Part shown: positions 9,078 through 18,400 of the stretch, one piece after another | Layout of the letters: the number at the start of each line of letters is the position of its first letter | How positions within the stretch are numbered: position 1 is the stretch's first letter | Source of the DNA: Rickettsiales bacterium | Lineage (GTDB): Bacteria; Pseudomonadota; Alphaproteobacteria; Rickettsiales; JAIXRX01 | Length of the DNA stretch: 64,000 nucleotides | Assembly: GCA_965247145.1 (NCBI GenBank) | Contig: CBDFGH010000006.1 | Location: forward strand, 104,778 to 168,777 | Direction: 5' to 3' | The notes under the pieces: generated by a model | What the model saw: only the letters and a program-made list of their open reading frames with translations | Database searches by the model: none | Told to the model about the DNA's origin: nothing | Translations under genes and position numbers: made by a program

Positions 9078-9881
9078 TTATCCGTTCAGCAAATCCAACA
9101 CTGAAGCCTGCAGCCGATTGCCCTGCGCGGCGGCGGCTGTGCTGGATTGCTGGTTGAGCAGCAAGCCGATGTTCAGATTGTCGCTCTCGCTCAAGCTGGA
9201 CCGCGCCGCATCTTGATTCTGCAAAGCGGAAGCAAGCGTGGCGGAGGCCAGGCTGCGGTCTTCCACTTGGGCGGCGATGTTGTTTTTACCCGCACCGATA
9301 CCATCCAATGCATCGTCGCTCAACGTCAGCGCCTTGTTGGCGGCGGAGATGCTGGTGAGATCGAAGTTCTGGCCTTACAGCAGCGTGAAGCTGCGCAGAT
9401 CGGGCAAGGTGATGCTGAGCGCATTGGAGATCGCGCTATTGCCAAAGCCACCATCCAGCAACGCATTGTTTTGGAAAGTATGGGAGGAAACCGCCGCATC
9501 GGACGCTTGAAGCAGAGCGTCGGCCTGTTTCTGCAAACCCTGGCGCTGCGCCTGAGTGGTTTCGGATTTGGCGGCTTGTGCGGCCAATGCCTGCAATTGC
9601 TCGAACTGGGTTTGCACCGCATCCGCGCCCTGGCCCGCCACTTGCAGCAAGCTGCCGGATTGCGCAATCTGGTTCGAAGCGGTGCGCAGTGCAAGCGCGT
9701 TGCTTTGCAGATCGATCGCCTGACTCAGCCCGCCAATATCCACAGCCGATGGGAACAAGCGTTCTCCGCCATTCACCCCGAGCAACGTGGCGATAACCGA
9801 CGATTTGCCCGTGCTGCCGGTGGCGCGGTTTCCGCTGGATGAAAATACGTTGGCCAGATCCACTAGCGATGTAATCGCCAT
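9078..9881 (-). pseudogene. Short flagellin-like protein (267 codons) interrupted by one in-frame TAA
   Basis: Track ORFs 9375..9881 and 9078..9323 are in the same frame (558 nt apart) and are separated only by TAA at 9375-9377. The N part resembles flagellin D0/D1 (LRTASNQIAQSGSLLQVAGQGADAVQTQFEQLQALAAQAA...FQNNALLDGGF). The C part resembles the flagellin C-terminus (LLLNQQSSTAAAAQGNRLQASVLDLL). A strong RBS, GAGGGAGA, precedes the ATG at 9881. Confidence 0.65.
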
Positions 9882-10186
9882 GTCGATTCTCCCTCAATGC
9901 TCCGTGCGGAGCGGATTACCTATCACATATACTATTCAAATGCCGCATGCTTACATGCCACGACTTACTAACACCATACTCCCCTTGCCCCTGACTTGGC
10001 GAGAGAATTTTTTGTGACAACCGCGTAGGCAACGGTAAATGTTGCAAATTCGCCATGACTTGCCCATAAACGGCACAATTTCGCGCCTTTCCACATCGCG
10101 GCGGGCCTGATATAGCGCATGTCCGGCCCCAGCCCACCCGCAATTCTGGAACGATTCCAGCGCAAAGACCACATTGTCAGGACGTT

Positions 10187-11992
10187 ATGACCACGCCGCT
10201 TTCCCATATCCGCAATTTCTCCATCATCGCCCATATCGATCACGGCAAATCCACCTTGGCGGACCGGCTGATCGAGCAAGCGGGCGATATCGAGATGCGG
10301 GATATGAAGTCCCAGCATCTGGACAGTATGGATATTGAGCGCGAGCGCGGCATCACCATCAAAGCCCAGACCGTGCGCCTGAAATACAAAGCGAAAAATG
10401 GCGAAACCTACATCTACAACCTGATGGACACACCCGGCCACGTCGATTTCGCCTATGAAGTCAGCCGTTCTCTGGCCGCTTGCGAAGGCTCCCTGCTGGT
10501 GGTGGATGCTTCCCAAGGCGTGGAAGCGCAGACGCTGGCGAACGTCTATCAGGCCATCGACAACAACCACGAAATCATCCCCGTCCTCAATAAGATCGAC
10601 CTCCCCGCCGCCGAGCCGGAAAGGGTGAAGGAGCAGATCGAGGACGTGATCGGGCTGGATTGTTCGGATGCGCTGGAGGTTTCGGCCAAAGCGGGCATCG
10701 GCATCGCCGAGCTGCTCGAAGCCATTTCCGTGCGCCTGCCCGCCCCCAAAGGCGTGGCGGATTCCACGCTGAAAGCCATGCTGGTGGATAGCTGGTACGA
10801 TGCCTATCTCGGCGTCGTCATCCTGGTCCGCATCGTGGATGGGGTGTTGAAAAAAGGCATGAAGATCCGTTTCATGTCGAACGGCCATTCCTATCATGTC
10901 GAACAGACCGGAGTCTTCACGCCGAAGAAAGTGCCGGTCGATACGTTGGGACCGGGCGAGGTTGGCTACATCATCTGCGGTATTAAGCTGGTGGCGGATT
11001 GCCGGGTGGGCGACACGGTGACGGACGACCGCAACCCCTGCACCGAATCCCTCCCCGGCTTCCGCCCCGCCATGCCTGTGGTCTTCTGCGGGTTGTATCC
11101 GACGGACGCCTCCGATTTCGAAAATCTGCGCGATTCCCTGGGTAAACTGCAATTGAACGATGCGAGCTTCGGCTATGAGACCGAAAGCAGCTCCGCGCTC
11201 GGCTTCGGTTTCCGCTGCGGCTTCCTCGGGCTGCTGCATCTGGAAATCATCCAGGAACGCCTCGAGCGCGAATTCAACCTCGACCTCATCACCACGGCCC
11301 CCAGCGTGGTCTATAAACTCACCATGACCAATGGCGAGGAGATGGAGCTGCACAACCCGGCAGACATGCCGGAAGTCACCCGCATCGAAGCCATGTATGA
11401 GCCCTGGATCAAGGCGACCGTGATGGTGCCGGACGAATTCCTCGGCAACGTGCTTTCCCTGTGCCAGGAAAAGCGCGGCGAGCAGGTCGATCTGACGTAT
11501 GTGGGCAATCGCGCCATGGTGGTGTATCGCCTGCCGCTGAACGAAGTGGTGTATGATTTCTACGACCGTCTCAAATCCGGCACCAAAGGATATGCCAGCT
11601 TCGATTACGCGATGGACGGTTATGCCGAATCCGACCTCGTGAAACTCTCCATCCTGGTCAATGCCGAGCCGGTGGACGCCCTCTCCATCATCGTCCACAA
11701 ATCCCAGGCCGATTACCGGGGCCGCGGGCTGTGCGAGCGCCTCAAGAAACTCATCCCCCGCCAGATGTTCCAGATCGCCATCCAAGCCGCCATCGGCGGC
11801 AAAGTCATCGCCCGCGAAACCATCAGCGCCCTGCGCAAGGACGTGACGGCGAAATGCTACGGCGGGGATATCTCGCGGAAGCGGAAGCTGCTGGATAAGC
11901 AGAAGGAAGGGAAGAAGAAGATGCGTTCAGTGGGGAATGTGGATATTCCGAAAAGCGCATTCATCGCGGCGTTGAAGATGGATAACAGCTAA
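10187..11992 (+). CDS. lepA: Elongation factor 4
   Basis: 601 aa with GTPase motifs AHIDHGKST and DTPGHVDF. It has the LepA-specific C-terminal domain. Confidence 0.97.
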   Translation: MTTPLSHIRNFSIIAHIDHGKSTLADRLIEQAGDIEMRDMKSQHLDSMDIERERGITIKAQTVRLKYKAKNGETYIYNLMDTPGHVDFAYEVSRSLAACEGSLLVVDASQGVEAQTLANVYQAIDNNHEIIPVLNKIDLPAAEPERVKEQIEDVIGLDCSDALEVSAKAGIGIAELLEAISVRLPAPKGVADSTLKAMLVDSWYDAYLGVVILVRIVDGVLKKGMKIRFMSNGHSYHVEQTGVFTPKKVPVDTLGPGEVGYIICGIKLVADCRVGDTVTDDRNPCTESLPGFRPAMPVVFCGLYPTDASDFENLRDSLGKLQLNDASFGYETESSSALGFGFRCGFLGLLHLEIIQERLEREFNLDLITTAPSVVYKLTMTNGEEMELHNPADMPEVTRIEAMYEPWIKATVMVPDEFLGNVLSLCQEKRGEQVDLTYVGNRAMVVYRLPLNEVVYDFYDRLKSGTKGYASFDYAMDGYAESDLVKLSILVNAEPVDALSIIVHKSQADYRGRGLCERLKKLIPRQMFQIAIQAAIGGKVIARETISALRKDVTAKCYGGDISRKRKLLDKQKEGKKKMRSVGNVDIPKSAFIAALKMDNS

Positions 11993-12054
11993 GCCGCCAT
12001 CATTCCGTAACATTGGTGCGGTAAACTGCGGCACGAACCAGTCGCGGAATCACC

Positions 12055-13692
12055 ATGCATCCCATCGAAGAAAAGATCGACCGACTCGTTCGCGCCGTGC
12101 GGGCTGGGGAGATAAAGAAAAGCGAAGCCATCCTCGCGGTGACGTCGGAGGAAATGAACCTGTTCTGCCATCCGCAAATCGCACGCCAGGGCGATGAGCG
12201 AATGTTCGCCGATCATTTACTTGCGGACTCTCCCGGCACTTCCTCCGGTATCGCGGTATTCGATATGAAAGAGGCTGCCGCGCGCACCGCACGCGGCGAG
12301 CAGGTCATCCTCATTCGCCCCGAGACGGGCGCGGAAGATACGGCCATCATGAAAAAATGCGCCGGTGTCGTCACTCTAGGCGGCGGGCGCACATCGCATT
12401 CCAAAGTGGTCAGCCGAGGGGCGGGCATCCCCTGCGTCAGTTCGCCCGAGATGCGCATCGCGCAGGGCCAGCTCATCTGTGGCGAGCAAATCATCGAGGC
12501 GGGCGCGCATATCACGATCGATGGCACCAGCGGCGCGATCTACCATGGCGAAGTTCCCTCCTACACCCTCATGCCGACGAAAGCGCTGAATACACTGCTT
12601 TCCTGGTCGGACGAAATTGCGCGCATCAAGACCTATGTAATTCTGGATAGTAAGGAAGAGCTCGAAAAAGCCCTTCGCGAGGGCGCAAAAGGCATCAGTA
12701 TTCTGCGCACGGAACATATGTTCTTCGCACCCGAACGCTTGGCGGTTTTTCAAAGCCTGCTTTTGACGCCGAAAGACAAACCGGAATGGCGGGCGCCGAT
12801 GCTGGTGGAACTGCAGGAAGCCCAGCGCCAAGATTTCACCGAGATCTTTGCCAGCGCCATGAAAAGCCAGCAGGATTTCCCGGTCAATATCCGTCTGCTC
12901 GACCCGCCGCAGCACGAATTCATGCCGCAACCGGCGCATTGGGATGAATTTCTGGAACGCAGCCATCTGGGTATCGACCGCGCCGAACTGGCCGAACGCA
13001 TTGGGCGGTTGAAAGAAAAAAATCCCATGTTCGGCAAGCGCGGCGTGCGCCTCCTGCTCGACCAGCCCGACCTCATGCGCATGCAATTGCGGGCCATTTT
13101 CGAGGCGGCAGCCGCCACGCGGAGCAAGTTCGGCCAAGCACCCAATCTCGGTATCTGCATCCCGATGACGGAAAATGCGCAGCAATTGAAAGACTGCCGC
13201 GAAATCATCCAGGGCGCACGCGCGCAGGTGGCGCAGGAATTGGGCTTGAGCCCGGCGGATTTGCCGTATTTCTACAGTACGATGATCGAGACGCCAGCTG
13301 CCGCCATCAACGCGGAAAACCTCGCCAAACTTTGCGACAGCTTCAATTTCGGTGGGCACGACATGGCGGCCAGCGTGCATGCGGCGGACCGCGATTCCTG
13401 CGACCATCCGGAAATCTTCGCTGCGCTTTCGGATGAAACGCTGTATATGGCGAAAATCGCTGCGAGCGGCGGCAAGGCAGGCAACCGGCGACTCAACTTC
13501 GCTTTCTGCGGCGATCAGGGAAGAGACCCCGATTCCCTCACCCGCATCCTGAGCGAGATCAAACAGGTCGATAGCGTTACCGCCAATGCGCATGACGTGA
13601 TGCGCACGCGCCTCATCGCCGCGCAGGCCACGATCAAAGCGCGTGGGCATGCATTGAGCATCAACCGCACCACCGGCCCAAGCCTGCTTTAG
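12055..13692 (+). CDS. Pyruvate phosphate dikinase-like protein lacking the N-terminal ATP-grasp domain (545 aa)
   Basis: The swivel phospho-His domain (GGGRTSHSKVVSRGAGIPCV) is followed by a PPDK-type PEP/pyruvate barrel (LRTEHMFF, RLLDPPQHEFMP, NPMFGKRGVRLL, MIETPAAA, FCGDQGRDP). The alignable region starts at the PPDK linker (SEAILAVTSEEMNLFCHP). Only 62 nt separate the gene from lepA, so no nucleotide-binding domain is encoded upstream. Confidence 0.8.
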   Translation: MHPIEEKIDRLVRAVRAGEIKKSEAILAVTSEEMNLFCHPQIARQGDERMFADHLLADSPGTSSGIAVFDMKEAAARTARGEQVILIRPETGAEDTAIMKKCAGVVTLGGGRTSHSKVVSRGAGIPCVSSPEMRIAQGQLICGEQIIEAGAHITIDGTSGAIYHGEVPSYTLMPTKALNTLLSWSDEIARIKTYVILDSKEELEKALREGAKGISILRTEHMFFAPERLAVFQSLLLTPKDKPEWRAPMLVELQEAQRQDFTEIFASAMKSQQDFPVNIRLLDPPQHEFMPQPAHWDEFLERSHLGIDRAELAERIGRLKEKNPMFGKRGVRLLLDQPDLMRMQLRAIFEAAAATRSKFGQAPNLGICIPMTENAQQLKDCREIIQGARAQVAQELGLSPADLPYFYSTMIETPAAAINAENLAKLCDSFNFGGHDMAASVHAADRDSCDHPEIFAALSDETLYMAKIAASGGKAGNRRLNFAFCGDQGRDPDSLTRILSEIKQVDSVTANAHDVMRTRLIAAQATIKARGHALSINRTTGPSLL

Positions 13693-13737
13693 CGCGCAAC
13701 AACTTCGGCATTGCCGGACAATACATTATTCATGCGC

Positions 13738-14394
13738 TCAAGCCCGCCGTTCCGTCGCGGCGCATCCTTTGCACACCGCATAAAGCACCACCGCATTCAA
13801 TCCGTGCCACGCCCAATGTGTGCCCAGCGGCACGGCTTCGCACCATTCCAGATCGAGCGTGCGCAGCGTGAGGGAGAGGATGAAGGTAAGGCTGGCGAGG
13901 GCGAAGGGGCGGAAGGCAGCGGGTTGGCGGCGGGTGAGCGCGGCGAAGCCGAGAAGCGCAAGAAGCGCGGCGAAGTAGCCGGAGGAGCCGTGGGTGGGCA
14001 CGTCGCGCAAGAGATAGGGCAGTCCGGCGCTGGCAGCGAAGAAGAATCCCCAAGCCAGCCCGATTTTCCACCACACCCAGTCGAACAAGCGCCGCAGAAT
14101 CAGCGCGATGGCGGCGAGCTGGAAGGCGAGGATGGGCAGCACATCTGCCCATTCGGCCCACCGAGTGGCGAAGGTGTGGAAGAGAAAACTACCGATGCCG
14201 ATGACGAAAAGCAGGATGGGCAGGATCAACAAGGCCCGCGCGTTTCGGTTATTCTCGCTTTGGCGGCGCACCATGCGCCATGCGCAATAGGCGGCGACGA
14301 AGAAAGCGGCGTTGCTGATCGCATTGACCGGTTCGGCCCAGAATTCCGGCCCGAGGCGCTCGCAATATTGATCGAGATGGTCGGTTAGGGCCAT
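13738..14394 (-). CDS. Ceramidase-family (alkaline ceramidase-like) integral membrane protein
   Basis: MALTDHLDQYCERLGPEFWAEPVNAISNAAFFVAAY, followed by several more TM helices. I chose the ATG at 14394, which lies 10 nt after the upstream gene's stop. Confidence 0.55.
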   Translation of the reverse strand: MALTDHLDQYCERLGPEFWAEPVNAISNAAFFVAAYCAWRMVRRQSENNRNARALLILPILLFVIGIGSFLFHTFATRWAEWADVLPILAFQLAAIALILRRLFDWVWWKIGLAWGFFFAASAGLPYLLRDVPTHGSSGYFAALLALLGFAALTRRQPAAFRPFALASLTFILSLTLRTLDLEWCEAVPLGTHWAWHGLNAVVLYAVCKGCAATERRA

Positions 14395-14404
14395 GGAAGA
14401 ACCT

Positions 14405-15238
14405 CTAGGGTTGAACGCCATTATCCTTCAACATACCGCGCATGGCGTCGATGACCTCTGCGCTGGGGAAGCCGTGATGGCCGAGATTGGCGAAGAAGAT
14501 ACCCCGCTTGGGGCTGTTTGCCGCCGCCAGCATGGCGCGACCCTGGGTGACGGGGATCACGGCATCCGCTTCCCCGTGCAGGATGAGCACCGGCGCATGC
14601 ACTTTGGGAAGGTAGGCCAGGCTCTCGAAACGGTCGCGGATCAGCAGGTTTACCGGCACGTAATAGTAAATCTCCTGCGCGCGGGCGGCGATGGAAGTGT
14701 AGGGGGATTGCAGCACCAGCAGGCGTGGCGCGGTTTCCGAAGCCATGCGCACGGCCACGCCGGTGCCCAAAGATTCGCCGTAGAAAATCATCTCGCGCGC
14801 CTGCAAGCCCAGTGTTTTCTCCGCGTAAACCAGCGCGGCGCGGGCATCGCTCAAAATACCCGCCTCGCCCGGGCTGCCGCCGCTGCCGCCAAAACCGCGA
14901 TAGCTGATGGCGACGATACCGAAGCCCGCATCCATCCAGGCATGGAACAAGGCGCTGTGACCGCCGAGATTACCCGCATTACCATGAAAGAAAGCAATGG
15001 TGGGCTGGCCGGGGCGGGCGGGAATGCTCCACATCACCAGTTGCGTTTTGTCGGCGGCTTGAATACGTGCTTCCTGCATGTCGAACAACCCATATTCGGC
15101 GGGTTTCTGCATGGCCGCGACCGGATGATAGAGCAGGGATTGCTGGCCGAAATAGAGGGTGAGCAGCACCACGGCATAAAGTGCGGCACAAAGCAGCAGG
15201 AACAGTTTCGCGGCGCGGATGTGTTTGGGGTTCAGCAC
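14405..15238 (-). CDS. Alpha/beta hydrolase (membrane-anchored, ABHD/BEM46-like)
   Basis: N-terminal TM helix, nucleophile elbow GESLGTG, an HGNAGN oxyanion region and a late HGEADAVIP...GHH triad region. Confidence 0.8.
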   Translation of the reverse strand: MLNPKHIRAAKLFLLLCAALYAVVLLTLYFGQQSLLYHPVAAMQKPAEYGLFDMQEARIQAADKTQLVMWSIPARPGQPTIAFFHGNAGNLGGHSALFHAWMDAGFGIVAISYRGFGGSGGSPGEAGILSDARAALVYAEKTLGLQAREMIFYGESLGTGVAVRMASETAPRLLVLQSPYTSIAARAQEIYYYVPVNLLIRDRFESLAYLPKVHAPVLILHGEADAVIPVTQGRAMLAAANSPKRGIFFANLGHHGFPSAEVIDAMRGMLKDNGVQP

Positions 15239-15346
15239 CGAATGGCGCTCCTGCGGCAGATGTGTGGTGAGTTGAGGTTAATGCAAATAGTCACGCTTCG
15301 CCACCGCTGGCTTGCGTGGCTTGCGTGACCCGCGAAACCGCATCCC

Positions 15347-15440
15347 CCTCATCCCACTCCGCACTTGATGCGGAGTATGGCCACTTGCGTGGGGGAGAGG
15401 ACCGGGCGGCACTCCGCATCAAGTGCGGAGTGGGATGAGG
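15347..15440. repeat. Compound palindrome: perfect 30-nt inverted repeat, each arm itself a hairpin
   Basis: CCTCATCCCACTCCGCACTTGATGCGGAGT (15347-15376) is the exact reverse complement of 15411-15440. A single-arm relative (CCCACTCCGCATCGCGTGCGGAGCGGG) is at 32908-32934. Confidence 0.9.
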
Positions 15441-15485
15441 TGGCGTGGATGTGCAAGAGTGGGTAGTAGAGGTGGCTATGCCGCG

Positions 15486-18400
15486 TTAGCTCAAGGCCTG
15501 CGCCGCCGCCACGCCGGGGAGTTTTTCCAGTTGCGCGAGATCGGCTTGGCTCAAGCGATAGGTGCCGGGCAACATGACCACGGCTTGCGATGCTTCGCCC
15601 ACCGCCAGGCTGAAGCTCACGCGCACACCTTGTCCGTTGGGTTCACCCAGCAAGGTCTTCAGCGGCGCCAGCGCCCGCATGTCCGAAAGCGTCACGCGCC
15701 AATGACCGCTGGGTCCGGCCTTGGCGCGGCCTTCGTATTTGGCCAAAGTCGCTTCCATCGACATGATCTGCCGCGCCACGATACGCGCACCGGAATCATC
15801 CACCTTGCCTTCGGCTTTGATGAGCAGCAGCTGGCCGTTTTCCAGCAGACCCTGCTGCGCGTTCAGGATCTGCTCGTCGTAGATCGCGATCTCGTACAGC
15901 CCCGTGGGGTCGGAGAGCGAGAGGAAGGCGAAGCGCCCGCGCTCGCTGGCGCGGATTTTCCTGCCCATGACGATGCCTGCCAGCGTGATCGGCGTGTAGG
16001 CGGGCCCGAGCGCATCCATCAACGCGGCATAATGCGTGACACCCTGCCCCACCAGCGCTTCCTGATAATCGCTGATCGGGTGAGCGGAGAGGTAGAAACC
16101 GATGGCCTCGAATTCCTGCTCGAGCTTTTCCAGATGTTTCCAATCCTCGCCGCCCGGCATGTTCGGGCGGGGCGCGGCGATGGCGGATTCGCTGGGTCCG
16201 CCGAAGAGACTGCTCTGCTGGCTTTCCCGGTCGCGCGCCATGGACTGGCCGTGGGCCAGCAGCATCTCCAGCGCCAGCATCAGCTGCTTGCGGTTGGGGA
16301 AGAGGGAGTCGAACGCGCCGGCTTTGATGAGATGTTCCATCTGGCGGCGGTTGAGAATCTTCGGGTCGGCGCGCTCGACGAAGTCGAACATGTCGCGGAA
16401 GAGGCCGTTGGCGCGTCGCTCCTCGACCAGCGCCCGCATCGCCTCCGCGCCCACGTTGCGCACGGCGGCAAGGCCGTAGCGGATGGCGCCAGCAGACTCC
16501 TTCTCCCTCTGGGAGACGGCTGGGATGAGGGCCTCACCACCCGCAACTGAACCAGCGGATAAACCCTCATCCAACCTTCTCCCAGGGGGAGAAGGCTTTT
16601 CACCCGCAAACAATACATCGCTCTTATTCACATCCGGCGGCAGCACGGCGATGCCGAATTTGTTCGCTTCCTCGCGGAACATGGCGAGCTTGTCCGTGTT
16701 ATGCGTATCGTAATTCATCGAAGCCGCGAGGAATTCGACCGTGTGGTTCGCCTTCAGATACGCCGTCTGGTAAGCGATCAACGCATAAGCCGCCGCGTGG
16801 CTTTTGTTGAAACCATATTCCGCGAATTTCGCCATCAAATCGAAAATCTGCGTGGCGATATGTTTGGGCACTTTGCGCGCGGTGGCGCCCGCCACGAAGC
16901 TTTCGCGCTGCGCTTCCATCTCGGCGCGGATCTTTTTACCCATCGCCCGGCGCAGCAGATCCGCCTGTGCCAGCGAATAGCCGGACAACTTCTGCGCGAT
17001 CTGCATCACCTGTTCCTGGTAGATGATGACGCCGTAGGTTTCTTTCAGGATTTCTTCCACATCCGGGTGCGGGTATTGTGGCACTTCCAGGCCGTGCTTG
17101 CGGGCGATGTAGGTGGGGATGTTGCTCATCGGGCCCGGCCGATACAGTGAAACGAGCGCGATGATGTCTTCGATATTATCCGGCTTTAGCTTGCGCAGCG
17201 TGTCGCGCATCCCGGCGGATTCGAGCTGGAAGACGCCCGCCGCCTCGCCTCGGCCCAAGAGTTCATAGGTTTTCTTATCGCCTTCGGGCAGTTTCAACAA
17301 ATCGAGCGCAGGGCCACCGACTTGGGCAATCATCTTCACCGCCTGATGCAGCACGCTCAGCGTTTTCAGCCCCAGAAAATCGAACTTCACCAGCCCGGCC
17401 AGCTCGGCGTATTTCATCGAATATTGCACCACCGGCATATCCGAATTCGGATCGCGGTACATCGGCACCAATTGGCTTAAGGGCCGATCCGCGATGACGA
17501 CGCCTGCGGCATGCATGGAAGCATGGCGGTAGAGACCTTCGAGCTTCAGCGCGATGTCCACCATGTGGCTCACCTGCTCGTCCTTCTTGATCGCCTCTTT
17601 CAGGTTGGGCTCGATCTCGATGGCTTCGGCGAGTTTGGTGGGGTGGGCCGGGTTGTTCGGCACCATTTTGCACACGCGATCGACCAGACCATACGGCAAT
17701 TGCAGCACGCGCCCCACATCGCGCAGGGCGGCGCGGGCCTGCAGGGTGCCGAAGGTGATGATCTGCGCCACCTGGTCGCGGCCATATTTTTGCTGGACGT
17801 ATTGAATGACCTCGCCCCGCCGGTCCTGACAGAAATCGACGTCGAAATCCGGCATGCTCACGCGCTCGGGGTTCAGGAAACGCTCGAACAGCAAGCCGTA
17901 GCGCAACGGGTCGAGATCCGTGATCAGCAGCGACCAGGCGACCAGCGACCCCGCCCCCGAACCCCGCCCGGGGCCCACGGGAATATCGTGCTCTTTGCTC
18001 CAGGTGATGAAGTCGGAGACGATGAGGAAGTAGCCGGGGAACTTCATCTTGCAGATGACGTCGAGCTCGAAGGCGAGGCGTTTGGTGTATTCCTCGCGCA
18101 ACTCGGCCTTGCGCGTCGCGTCCATCTCAGCGTTGAAGACATAATGCTCCAGGCGGTATTCCAGGCCTTCGGCGGCGCGGCGGCGGAGCTGGTCGTCTTC
18201 CGTGCCGCCTTCGCCGAAGTTGGGAAGGATGGGGTCGCGCTTGGCCGCCATCACCGCGCAGCGCTGCGCGATGGCAAGAGTATTGGCCACGGCCTCGGGC
18301 AGATCGGCGAAGATTTCGTGCATTTCCTTGGGGGATTTGAAGCGGAAATGCGGGTTCAGCCGCGCACGATCCCCCTCCCCCAGATAGCGCCCCTGCGCGA

